A stretch of 64,000 nucleotides of DNA from Octopus vulgaris (Eukaryota). The notes below the pieces were generated by a model. That model made no database searches. It was not told the DNA's origin and saw only the letters and a list, made by a program, of their open reading frames with translations. The translations under genes and the position numbers were made by a program. Where the stretch lies: assembly GCA_951406725.2 (NCBI GenBank), contig OX597821.1, positions 36,642,001-36,706,000 of the forward strand, given 5' to 3'. This document shows positions 42,265 to 56,500 of the stretch, one piece after another (position 1 is the stretch's first letter; each line of letters starts with the position of its first letter).

Positions 42265-42722
42265 TGGTTTGTTAGTTAATTTGTTCGGTGTGTTGTTTAC
42301 AAGGCACAATTTTAACCACCGAATGTCGAAAAAAAGAACGAAATTGTATACTTTTAATTCAATACGGAAATATACAAAATATGCAAACATTATGAGATTC
42401 GTGTAGAGATGCGTGTTTGTGTGTGTGTGTATGTGTGTGTGTGTGTGTGAGCATCTGTGAGTGCGCGCTCTTGAGTGCGTTTCTTTGTGCGTGCACATGA
42501 CTGCTCGGGCGCGCGTTTTTGGTGTTTGTTTTGTGAATGTGTCATTGCATATTTGCAGATATTCGTGAGTGTGTGTGTGTTTGTGAGTGGATGTTGATAA
42601 GTATGTGCGTGTGTGTATTTGTGAATGTTTGTATGTGAGTGTTTGTGCGCAAGTGTTTCTGCTTAGTTATGTGTCTGAGGGTATGAGAGAAAAGTTGTGT
42701 GTGTGCGTGTATGTGTGTGTGT

Positions 42723-42754
<32 letters not shown>

Positions 42755-42904
42755 ATTTGGCCTGTGTATACCATGAGTATGTTTCTGTTGTTTGTGTGAA
42801 TATGTAAATTAGTATTTAAGGAAATGGAAGTATTTATGTGACAGTGAGCATATATACTTATGTATGTATGTATATCTGTCATTAATGTATGTGTATGTAT
42901 GTAC

Positions 42905-43044
<140 letters not shown>

Positions 43045-43402
43045 ATATATATATATATATTCGCATAGATATGCACATTCATATGCAGCCGTGTGTGTGT
43101 GTGTATGCATCGACGTGGGTATGTGCGTATAGTCTGTGTGTGTGTATGGGGCGGGGCGTTTCTAGAAGACTCAGGAGTTTTTGTTCTCGGTCATTTCAAT
43201 GTAAAAGATTTCACACACCGAACAGAAGTGATGTCAGCCATCTTAGAAAACATTGGGAAAGGTAGAACTGACTAGCGGATATGCTGAGGGCAATACATCG
43301 AAGCATGTTCAAACAACAGCTAATCCTTGTTGAAAGAAGCAAAGTAAAGACGAACGAAACGAAACATTTTTCTTTTGACATGCTCATCGATTATTATTAT
43401 TA

Positions 43403-43472
<70 letters not shown>

Positions 43473-44168
43473 CATCATGAATTTATTTTCTCCTCTTTAC
43501 TTCTTTCAACAATACACATTACGACCAGATTTCAACTTTCATATAAAGAAATAAGCGAAGCGATTAATTAATATCGGAAGTTAGAGTGAATTAATCTACA
43601 TTCGAAGTTGATTCCTTTGCAGTATGTGAAATCAGTCAGAAATGGAAGGTGTATTTATCTCAAAGGTATTTTCCTGTTAAGAAAGGGGTGTCAGGAGGAG
43701 GAAAGCGATAGTTAATTCGATGGTTTTAAAGTCAGGAGATAGGTTATCAATGTTAACTTTCTGAGATTAAACTACTATCACTAGTTTCCAGAGAGTCTAC
43801 TGGTTCACCATTGTGTTACATCAGTGTTCTGTAAGGTTGGAAGTTTCTGTAAAGCAAAAAAGCGAAGTCATACAATGTAAACTGATCTTGCAACACAGCC
43901 TTCGTCTTGTTCTTCTTCTTCTTCTCCTTCTTCTTCTTCTTCTTCTTCTTCTTCTTCTTCTTCTTCTTCTTCTTCTTCTTCTTCTTCTTCTTCTTCTTCT
44001 TCTTCTTCTTCTTCTCCTCTTCCCCCTCCTCCCTTCCTCCTCTTCCTCCCCCTCCTCATGTTTCTAAATGTCCCCCCCACTCTCGGTTTCTCTCTCCGTC
44101 TCTCTTTCTCCAGATATATGTAAATGCTATTAATCAAGTACGCTAACTCTCTCTCCCCCCTCTCTCTC

Positions 44169-44199
<31 letters not shown>

Positions 44200-44423
44200 T
44201 TCTCTCAGTGTCTCTTTCTGTCTCTCTGTCTCTCTGTCTCTCTCTCTCACACACACACCCGCTCACTCCCACTCTCTCACACTTTCTTTTCTCACTCTCT
44301 CTGTCACTCAATCTTTCTCTCATCATCTTCCTTTCTTTTTAATATATGTGTGTGTGTGTGTGTGTGAATTCGTATATAGAAATATACACATACACACATA
44401 CACATTCACACACGCAAACACAC

Positions 44424-44581
<158 letters not shown>

Positions 44582-44663
44582 CGATATTAAACTCCACAAA
44601 CTCTTTCTAAAACTCAGACTTGAAATTTTCTGGTGTGAATTTCTCTCAGACTACCTTTCAACT

Positions 44664-45255
<592 letters not shown>

Positions 45256-45458
45256 TCACCCTCCACTAAATACTTATTCTGGGTACCTCTGTTATTTATT
45301 TTGGTATAATTTCATTTCTTTTCATTTATTCTTTCTTTCTCTCATTTTCTTTCTACTAAATCACGATAAAACTCTGATTTTCAATAGCAGAAATTATTTA
45401 AGTGTCTTTATATAATATGATATGATATGATATCATACCATATCACACACACACACAC

Positions 45459-45508
<50 letters not shown>

Positions 45509-45539
45509 CAAAATAAGCAACAACAATATCCAAAGAAAA

Positions 45540-45625
45540 TGCAGTACGATCGTTTCATGCAACTCCATTTAACTGAACAATGCAACCATTACATCAATTT
45601 AAATGCAGAGCAATCCTCAGTTGCA
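45540..45625 (-). ncRNA. Type I hammerhead fold (foldback left arm)
   Basis: Minus strand: tgcaa CUGAGGA ttgc..gcat GAAA C(GAUC)G UA ctgca; stem I mismatch next to the core. Confidence 0.55.
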
Positions 45626-45759
45626 CAAAGACATAGAATTTAATTAAATTAAAACAGGTGGACACATTAGTATAATTTTGTCTAAAATTTCCAAGTTAAG
45701 GTGACAAAATTATACTAATGTGTCCATCTGTTTTAATTTAATTAAATTCTATGTCTTTG

Positions 45760-45845
45760 TGCAGCTAAGGATTGCTCTGCATTTAAAGTGATGTAATGGT
45801 TGTATTGTTCAATTAAATAGAGTTGCGTGAAACGATCGTACTGCA
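45760..45845 (+). ncRNA. Type I hammerhead fold (foldback right arm), core mutated
   Basis: tgcag CUAAGGA ttgc..gcgt GAAA C(GAUC)G UA ctgca; perfect stem I but G5 changed to A. Confidence 0.5.
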
Positions 45846-46159
45846 TTACCTCTGGATATCCTTGTTGCTTATTTTGATTGCAATCACCTTATTTTAAAAT
45901 TGTATGGATAATACCGTACTAAATTCTGGTGCCTCAACTTAAGTACCATATTCATCTGAATCTAAATATTTGCTGAACTCATATATATATATAAATATAA
46001 CAATTAGAAAAAAAAACAACTTTAATCAATTCAAAATGAACAATTAAATTACATCATCTAGAAAATTACATATAATAGAAATATAGAAAATAAAATGATA
46101 ATATACCGATGATTAAGTAAATTGCAAAATAATAATAAAAACGTATATATTTGGTAGAA

Positions 46160-46254
46160 TAACGACACGTGTATATTTAAGAAATGATTATAGTAAAAAA
46201 ATTAATAGTAGTAGTAAAATCACTTCGATATAAATATAGCCACTCATCAGGTTA
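46160..46254 (-). ncRNA. Hammerhead relic lacking GAAA
   Basis: Minus strand: taac CUGAUGA gtggc tatattta..taaatata [GAAA missing] C(ACGU)G UC gtta. Confidence 0.45.
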
Positions 46255-46989
46255 AAAATAAACTACAGTAATAAAATAATTAATTAATAAATATGCATAA
46301 ATAATCTTTTAAAATATAAATATATTCTTTAACACACACACACATACATATATATATATATTATATAAGATATTAAATATACATTAAGTGAAAACTAAAA
46401 ACAATACTTAAATTATACAATACTTTAAAATTAATTAATATACACAATGCTAGTACAAGACATTAATACTGTAATCAAAAAAAGAAACGGTTCAAATATA
46501 GACAAACTCATTAAATAAGCTAACTATATGATTAATATATATGTGTAGTTTCTATATCACTCAATAATATAGTTGACTAAATATCAATTAATATAAAACC
46601 TAATTTACTAAATTTAATACTACTTAATAAATATACCACCTAATTATTAAATAATATATTGTCTAACAAAATTAATTCTCAAATTAAATTAACTGTAATA
46701 CGTTAGATCACTTTATAAAAATGATAATAAACCATTCTAAATAAATGGATATAATTAATAACTATTATAACTTATAACTATCAATATATATAAATGAATA
46801 TAAAAATGATATAATGGCGAAAATCATTTACTAATGGAAAGTAAGAAACATTTAAGCCCCATAAATTAAAGGTGCAAAAAATATTAGAAAAGAACAATAC
46901 ACTATGAAGATATTCGGTTGTAGTTGAATATCTTCGTAGTGTATTGTTCTAACAGTAATGGCACATATGAGTGTGTGCGTGTTTGTGTA

Positions 46990-47058
<69 letters not shown>

Positions 47059-47130
47059 TCACACATATATAGACACACACACCTACACATATACACGCAC
47101 ATAAAAATATATATATGTATGTATATATGC

Positions 47131-47168
<38 letters not shown>

Positions 47169-47169
<1 letters not shown>

Positions 47170-47312
47170 GGCGTAGGAGTGGCTGTGTGGTAAGTAGCTT
47201 GCTTACGAACCACATGGTTCCGGGTTCAGTCCCACTGCGTAGCACCTTGGGCAAGTGTCTTGTGAGTGGATTTGGTAGATGAAAACTGAGAGAAGCCCGT
47301 CGTATATATGTG

Positions 47313-47348
<36 letters not shown>

Positions 47349-47578
47349 CGTATGTGTGTGTGTATATGTTTGTGTGTCTGTGTTTGTCCCCTCAACATCA
47401 CTTGACAACCGATGCTGGTGTGTTTACGTCCCCGTAACTTAGCGGTTCGGCAAAAGAGACCGATAGAATAAGTACTAGGCTTAGAAAGAATAAGTCCTGG
47501 GGTCGATTGTCTCTAAAAAGGCGGTGCTCCAACATGGCCGCAGTCAAATGACTGAAACAAGTAAAAGAGTAAAAGAGT
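47169..47578 (+). mobile_element. SINE family A
   Basis: aggcgtaggagtggctgtgtggtaag through acaagtaaaagagtaaaagagt. Confidence 0.9.
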
Positions 47579-47742
47579 ATGTGTGTGTGTGTGCACATTT
47601 CTGAATACGCAGTTATATTGATATTTTATACGTACCCATAGTTATAGATGTGTGCATATATTTATATGTACAAACATATATACACATATATGTATTACAA
47701 ACACGCACACACGCATACATGACACGTATGCATTCATATATA

Positions 47743-47952
47743 CAGTAATCCCTCGACTATCGGGGATGTTACGTTCCAGAACCTCCCACAAAAGTAATTA
47801 GAATATAAATACCTATCAGCCGCAGAAGCCCTCGATATACTGAGGAATCCGTGATATAAATTTACATATATAAGCCAAAAAAATCCGCGATATACTGAGT
47901 GCGCGATAGGTGAACCGCGATAGGTGAACCGCGATATGGCGAGAGATTAGTG
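47743..47952. mobile_element. pogo/Tigger-like MITE
   Basis: TA-cagtaatccctcg ... cgagagattagtg-TA; internal repeats of ccgcgata. Confidence 0.8.
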
Positions 47953-48057
47953 TATTATGTTACATTGTATATTTAGATATATATGTACATATGAAATGTG
48001 TTATGCATACACACACACACACACATACACATATTCGTACATTCGCACGTGCAGTTG

Positions 48058-48122
<65 letters not shown>

Positions 48123-48992
48123 CATGCACATCTGTATGTATATACACATACATATATGTATGTATATATGAATACACACACAAACACACCAATATATATA
48201 TATATATATACATAGTAAATATGTGTGTGTGTGTGCGTGCATGTATGCATGTACGTAGCTATATGTCTGTACATATGTGTGTATGTATGCATGTATGTAT
48301 ATATGTACGTATGTATGGATGCATTATATGAACGTATATATGTATTTATGTATTTATGAATTGCGTATTTATTTAGCGTAAGGTTCATTGGGAAATGCAG
48401 AAATCAGAAAGAACTTCAAGTGGCATTTTTGCGATTGTTCCTTTTCCGTAATATTTTTCATATGACTGTAGAGCCACTGAGAACTTTCATAAATTGCACA
48501 ATGTCTGCAAAAATTGAAACGTAAACCAATCTCGGTATGATACTCCTTGAAGTTCTTCAGATAAACAGGTAACCGACTCCTTTCGCTGGAGGCCATCAAC
48601 AAATATTGGAAACTCATCTAGAGATACTTTCAAATAAAAACTAGCCAGAAGAAACGGAGGTCGGATGAGGTCGGGTAAGGCGGTCGAGATCGGTTGGAGT
48701 CGTGTGTCGGCACTTGTCGGTTATATTCGTTTGAGATCGGTTGCGTTGTCTGGGGCGTAAGAAAATTAGTTACTTAAGTATGTATTATTTCCATATATTT
48801 ATTGCGATATTATTTTATATTTTTGCTTTCCTTTCTTCTTTCGTTTATATTTTATATATTTATTTATTATTTATTTATTTTTGCTTCTTTAATTTTGTTT
48901 GTGTGTTATTTCTATTCTTTAATTCTCTTTCTTCCTTGTCATTTCAAATTATTCGGTTCTGCCAAATTCTCTCTCTATCCAACTAACTATCC

Positions 48993-49042
<50 letters not shown>

Positions 49043-49149
49043 CTCTCTCTCTCTCTCTTTCTATTTCTCTCTACCTTTGTGCATGTCTGCCTCTATCTCT
49101 CAAACTCATATACACATATGTTTCAATATCCTTCTATCTATCTCTCTAC

Positions 49150-49212
<63 letters not shown>

Positions 49213-49292
49213 ACTAACTGTCTATCTGTCTATCTCTTTATTTATCTATCTGTCTATCTGTATGTCTATCTATCTATCTGTCTATCTATCTA

Positions 49293-49347
<55 letters not shown>

Positions 49348-49368
49348 GTCTATGTATCTATCTATCTA

Positions 49369-49399
<31 letters not shown>

Positions 49400-49412
49400 C
49401 TATCTGTCTATG

Positions 49413-49453
<41 letters not shown>

Positions 49454-49458
49454 GTCTA

Positions 49459-49518
<60 letters not shown>

Positions 49519-49746
49519 CTTATCTATTTTGCCATCTGTTTTGCTATCTACATGTCTCTCTTTCTATCCATCTATCTGCCTCTCATTTTGTCTGTATGTA
49601 TGCATGTATGTATATAAGTACGTATGTCTGCATTATATGAACAAATGTATGTATTTATGTTTGAATGCAAAAATGTGCATATATATGTGTGTGTGTGTAT
49701 ATATATGTACATGTGTGTGAGCAAATATATATAAACACATACACAC

Positions 49747-49782
<36 letters not shown>

Positions 49783-50191
49783 GGATGGATGTTTCGCTCT
49801 TTTCTTTTTTTTTCCTGCATATCAGTGCTTGGTACTTTCTTTCGTTATACATCATCATTAATTCTTTCATTTCTCCCTTCTTCTTGCCCTTTACTTTTGC
49901 TTTAACAGATACCCTCTCCCACCCTCTCCCACTCTCCCCTCTATCTCTCTTCTTCCCCTCCCTCTTCTCTCTCTCTCTCTCTCCCTCTCCAAAATTCATA
50001 CATACATATGTTACAGTATATGCTTTATCACAGCAACTCGCAAGATATAGCAAAATGATGGACAACAACGAATTAGAAATTTCTCTTAAGGGAAGAAATA
50101 TCGCACAAGCAGATGGGATTTTCTGAATACAGAATAAATTGTCACTGAGAAAACTCGAGAAAGGGGACAGAGAAAGAGAAATTAGAAAAGA

Positions 50192-50254
<63 letters not shown>

Positions 50255-50579
50255 GCACGCAAGCACGCTCACACACAAGCATACACACAGATATAGACGC
50301 ACACGCACGCACACGCAGTCACACGCATACACGCACAATTACACACATACACAGGCACATGATATGTCACATGATATATAGATATACAGTTATATGTACA
50401 TAGATGTTTAGTAGGATAACAGGGTAACGCCGTTAGTAGGATAGGTAAGGAGGAAGAAGAAAGGAAATGAAATAAAATAAAATAAAACACAATAAAATTT
50501 AATAAAAGGAAGAAGGTGAATAGATACACAGATAGGTAGACAGACAGACAGACAGACATACAGACAGAGAGATAGATGA

Positions 50580-50668
<89 letters not shown>

Positions 50669-50685
50669 CAGACAGACAAACAAAC

Positions 50686-50772
<87 letters not shown>

Positions 50773-50888
50773 CAGACAGGTTAGTTGGTAGATATATAGA
50801 CACACAGACATACAGCAGATAGATAAATAGATAGAAAGACAGAGAGACAAACAGATTGATTGGTAGATATAGATAGACAGCTAGATAG

Positions 50889-50925
<37 letters not shown>

Positions 50926-50969
50926 GAGAGAAATAAATAATAGATAAATAGACAGACTGACAGACAGAC

Positions 50970-51075
<106 letters not shown>

Positions 51076-52399
51076 CAGACAGACAGGCAGACGGGCAGGC
51101 AGGCGGGCGGGCTCAGACAGACAGACGAATCACATTGATTTAGAGATTTAAATCAAACTGTAAAGATTTAGCGAGACAGAAACATATTATTTATCAAAGC
51201 CGTGTCCTTGTGGCAGGCACAGTGAAAGACACCTAAAACATCGTAGATTGTTTCGTTTCTACAGACAAAACCTTTCGCTTCAGAATCAGCATCCTGAAAA
51301 TATTTGTACATCTCTAACCGATCTATCATTACGGATGCTGAATAATCACCGTTAAGAATGATACACTCAGCTACATATCTTTAATAAATTATTAACAATA
51401 GCATGATAATTTGATTACCAATATTGGAAGCTTCAAGTTGTAGCTTGATCTAAAAGAATTAGTAGCCTCATATTCCTCAACTAATCCTTCAAAATAAACG
51501 ACACATGGCTCCATGTAATTTCGGTTATGCAAAAAGACAAGATGATATAGGAAAACGGTGATTGAAGAATCACTGATGTTGCAATGCGCAGAGGGGTTGA
51601 ATTAAAATTCATTAATTGAATTTATTTCTTTTTTTGCAGTGTATTTTCATTAAATATTATACACAGATGACTATTTTAATTGAATACCACTTCCGTCGTA
51701 TATAACGGATTTTTATTACATCTCCAGAGATTGGTCAATCTCTCTTTTCCCTTATCAGTACAGACCGATTTTGATTCAGCATGCGATTGGCAGTAAGTAC
51801 ATGTTTCTGACAAAGTCCAACGAAATGGGATTGAGTATCTTGCATTCTGAAAGCTGCAGCTCGATGAATCTCATCTGCTATTAATATATATTTGTGTTGT
51901 TAAACAAAGCATGCCTATAAAATATTAGTTCCGGACGAAGAAAGCAGTAAATATGCGTGCATTTTAGCGTTGTGATTACATTAAGTGTGATACACACCTT
52001 GCTATTTAAATCTAATGCTTTTCCTGTTGCATGAAACGGATATACACATAACTCTGCACAGTAATCATGTATAACTCGCGTTGTGGTTACCTCAGGTTTA
52101 AGTATTTCACGCTTCTGGATATTGTAATATATGACCATTAACTTCATACACTATGTAAATGTGACCATACAGAAAATCGTATGACATTTAAAAATTTTAA
52201 CGGTATACTTTTTTCTAAGCCAAAATGCTGCCTGTCAGTGTTTTTGTTAAGGTCAAAGTTGTTCACAATTTAAAAATCTATAATGCATATGTACATACAT
52301 ATATGCATGCATAAATACATACATACATACATACATATACACATAACATATATATATATATTTGTATATATATACATACATATATACACATATATGTTC

Positions 52400-53095
52400 A
52401 TCAGTAATAATAAAGGGTGAAATTAATTAATTTGGAATAATTATCAATTACACCAAGTAGATTTCGGCATGTAAAAGCCCCATTCGAGGAAAATTTAAGT
52501 AATACTAAGTAATTAAGGGTTTAGCAACGAATTGCCTCACCAACACACCGAATTTAGAAATAGCAGTCAAAGAGATATAGCTATTCCTTCTACTAAAAGG
52601 GGGATCTCAGTAAAAACACAGCACTTGAAAGGCAAACACAGACAGGTAAGAAAGAAAGAATGAAATGACGGCAATCTATCATACAATTTTAAGTTACCTA
52701 TGGACGTACGTTTCGAAATCAAGTTTTAGGAGAGCATAAGAATTAGAAAATTCTACTTTACCTAAACTTCTTTTCTCATCGGCGCAGGATACTACAATTA
52801 TGAATAATTGTATATTAAATTTTGAGATACTAGAAGGCATTATCTCAACTCAGTGTCAGAGCGAGCCAAAGCATGACCAGTACCACGAAATTCAAAGTTT
52901 GAATGAAAGTTTGTGTCACCAGCCCCCTTCCACCCGCGTGTAGCCAAGACAAAATGCTGCGGTCATTTACTGGGATAAAATATGGTTATCAGTAATAATA
53001 AAGGGTGAAATTAATTAATTTGGAATAATTATCAATTACACCAAGTAGATTTCGGCATGTAAAAGCCCCATTCGAGGAAAATTTAAGTAATACTA
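52400..53095 (-). mobile_element. 588-bp non-coding unit with exact 108-bp terminal direct repeat
   Basis: 52400-52507 is identical to 52988-53095; flanked by TA-rich repeats; contains a hammerhead fold. Confidence 0.8.
52697..52788 (-). ncRNA. Type I hammerhead fold (CCGAUGA core)
   Basis: Minus strand: cctgcg CCGAUGA GAAA..aagtttagg/cctaaaactt..UUUC GAAA C(GUAC)G UC catagg. Confidence 0.65.
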
Positions 53096-53204
53096 CACAT
53101 ATATATATATGCATTTATATATGTGTATGTATAGATACGCACACATATATAATGTATAATGCACATATAATATATGTAAAAGCATGTATATATATATATA
53201 TCAT

Positions 53205-53757
53205 TAATTAAAATTTTAGGGTAGCAAGAATATTCATCGAAAAATTATTAGTTACCAGTGGTCTAGCGAGAAAGAAAAAATTAGTCAATAGACTATATAT
53301 TATTCAGAAAAGAATATTGTACGTTCAAACACAAAAGAGATACCCGAAGAATAGGATATCTGACTCGCTAGAAAGAGCAGTTAAAACTCCAAACCACCAA
53401 TTGTTGTAATTCCGAAATTGATTGAAAAATAAAAATTCTGGAAGAAAATCGGCAATTTATTTATTTAGTGCTGGTTGAGTTCCGCACCTGCGCGGTAGAT
53501 TCGAAAAATTAGAACCTATAGACACGTGGCGGGTTATTTATCGCTCCGTGTCTATGTGTTTGGTCCTGGCAACCTACTGAAGAAGCAGCGCCAGATATAG
53601 ACTGAAATTATTTTATTTCAATCTGCATTTAAGTCTGCAGAAACCTTGCAGGGTCTAGGATTAAGGTAAAAGTTTTTATTTTTCAATCACTTTCGGAATT
53701 ACAACAGTTGGTGGCTTGGAGTTTTAACTGATCTTTCTAGCGAGTCAGATATCCTAT
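53205..53757. mobile_element. Penelope-like terminal fragment with about 85-bp inverted repeat
   Basis: taggatatctgactcgctagaaag...gaaaaataaaaa (about 53352-53435) is inverted at about 53673-53756. Confidence 0.7.
53573..53659 (+). ncRNA. Type I hammerhead fold
   Basis: ccta CUGAAGA agcag..ctgca GAAA CCU(UGCA)GGG UC tagg; GUC triplet. Confidence 0.7.
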
Positions 53758-53776
53758 ATAGATAGATAGATAGATC

Positions 53777-53860
<84 letters not shown>

Positions 53861-53951
53861 TACATATACATATACATATATATAATACGACGAGAAAATA
53901 GAAAGGTAATCAATAAATTATTATTTATTAATTAAAAAATTGACAAACTTT

Positions 53952-54032
53952 CCTTACAGCTGTTTCAGTTTAGGCTCTCAGAAGATTAATTAAATAAAAA
54001 AAAAACATTTGAAAGTCGAACCTCCTCAGAGG
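53952..54032 (-). ncRNA. Type I hammerhead fold (left arm of the 53.9-54.7 kb inverted pair)
   Basis: Minus strand: cct CUGAGGA ggtt..aact GAAA C(AGCU)G UA agg. Confidence 0.65.
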
Positions 54033-54429
54033 TAGATAAAGGTATACAAAGTAAGTGTTCAATTTCATCATATTGAGTAAACGGTTGCAAACCGTTAACT
54101 ATTAAAAATTCATACATCAAGAACATAGTACACAAGTGGTAGAGCCCTTAGCAGGGAAGCAAGGTTGTGCATAATAGAGCTGTAAAACAATATAATCATC
54201 TGGAGTGTTAAGTACAATAAAGCTGAAGAAGATTGTGCTATTATATCTGTTCATATTAAATCAATATAAACCTAATGTGTAGAGTTTAATGCAAAATATG
54301 TATAGTTACTAATGTACAGTTTAACTATTTCGATTTTTTAATAAGTAATTTATTGCCTGATTGTCTTCCACTATACATTAGTAACTATACACGAGGAAAC
54401 TGAACACCTACATTGTATACCTTTATCTA

Positions 54430-54511
54430 CCTCTGAAGAGATTCGAGTTTCAAATGATTTTTAATTTAATTAATTAATTTTATGAGAGCCTGAATCGAAA
54501 CAGATGTAAGG
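54430..54511 (+). ncRNA. Type I hammerhead fold (right arm)
   Basis: cct CUGAAGA GAUUC..GAAUC GAAA C(AGAU)G UA agg. Confidence 0.7.
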
Positions 54512-55362
54512 AATGTTTGTCGATTTTTTAATTAATATGGTGTCGGCTCTTCTGGTGACGTCAATAGTCGCCTGGGGCTAAATGCATCAGTAACACCCCC
54601 ACCACCCCGCCCTGTCCCTAGCCACATTCAGATGGCTGATCCCGCTTATATTAAATAATTTATTTATTACTTTTCTATTCCCCCATCTTATTATTACAAT
54701 AAATAATATACATATAAACCACGGTTTATATCCTTACCTTGCAGTGGAGTATTAAGTAGAATGTTCAATACTCTTTGTATAGGTAATTAAGCAGTACTTT
54801 CATAGGATTTTGCTACCCCTGAATGAGGTTTGTAACCTTTAATTGTGCAGGTATTTCTACCTGCAGGAAATAACAGTCAAAACTCTTATTTAAATCTCCG
54901 AAAAAACACTGATAAATACTACAGAAATCAACCGTCTGCGGGCAAACGGGCAAAGACAATCACTCAACATACATTCAAGTATTTGGACTCACGTGGACCA
55001 GTTTCTGGACTGGCATTATAGCCTCACCTTTCTCAGCACGCGTTACCATGATGGAAAGCCCCAACCCGTCACGTTGAAGTCTGCGCTGCAACTGATTCGT
55101 TTTGCGCCGAATCGTGGCAGCCACTAGTGTGAAAATAATTTCACTAAGGAACAAATAATTCAGGAGAAAATATTTGCGAAGATATTATTGACTCTATTAT
55201 TACCCAGTTTAACAATTGTAAATGATAATAACAGAATCAATAAAATAAGCGATTGCAGGCCCAAAAAGTATTAAATAGCTGAAGGATAAAAATTAGTCAC
55301 AGGACTTACTAAGTATGTCTACCTGCTGGAAATAAAGGTAGAAACATTGACACAAAGACACG

Positions 55363-55399
<37 letters not shown>

Positions 55400-55963
55400 A
55401 TACACACACACGCATGCACACACTCATTCACACAGTTTATTTGTAACTCGAACCACTTTTTCTAACTTCTTAACTGTTTAATATCCTGTGTGTCTCAATA
55501 ACTGAAATATTTTATACTCCTCAAAAACTCATACTTAATCTTAACACTCTCGTAGTCACATTCACGTATTATACGTGACAGCAACCCTAACCAACAGCAC
55601 ATTGGTAATCACAGCCACTGATTGTTAATATAACAATAGCAATACCGGAAGAATAACCGTTAGAGAATAACAGATTAAAAGCACGGTGAATATAAGGAGG
55701 TCGTATTTTTCGGAAGGTAAGTCACCTATTATTGGGATGTAGAAAGGTAATTACTGTATGCAGACGAAATGGAGGAGGAGGAGGAGGAGGAGGAGGAGAC
55801 ATTCAGGTAAAGTAGTCGGAGAGCTGGTACTATGGACACACTCCCTTTACTTGTGAGGCATCATCATTATCATCGTCGTCGTCTTCTTCTTCTTCTTCTT
55901 CTTCTTCTTCTTCTTCTTCTTCTTCTTCTTCTTCTTTCTCCTTCTCCTTCTTCTTCTTCTACT

Positions 55964-55998
<35 letters not shown>

Positions 55999-56191
55999 TT
56001 CTTCTTCTTCGTCGTCGTCGTCCTCGTCTTCTTCTTCTTCTTCGTCGTCGTCCTCGTCTTCTTCGTCGTCGTCGTCATCGTCTTCTTCTTCGTCGTCGTC
56101 GTCCTCGTCTTCTTCTTCTTCTTCTTCTTCTTCTTCTTCTTCTTTCTTCTTCTTCGTCGTCGTCGTCGTCATCGTCGTCTTCTTCTTCTTC

Positions 56192-56228
<37 letters not shown>

Positions 56229-56263
56229 CCACCATCATCATCATCACCACCATCATCATCATC

Positions 56264-56308
<45 letters not shown>

Positions 56309-56500
56309 TGCAGCAACATCAACACTGTCATCATCATTATCGTCATCATACTCCTCATCATCATCTTCATCTACAACAACAGCGCCGTCTTTGTCATCCT
56401 CATTATTGTCATTATCCTCATTGTCGCTGTCGTCGTTGTTGTTATCATTCTCAACATTGTCATCGTCATCGTGATCATCATCATAGTGATCGCCGCCGCC

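Larger units (their letters stand above)
45507..45878. repeat. 176-bp-arm foldback carrying two opposed hammerhead copies
   Basis: Arms 45507-45682 and 45703-45878 with a 20-nt spacer and about a dozen mismatches. Confidence 0.9.
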
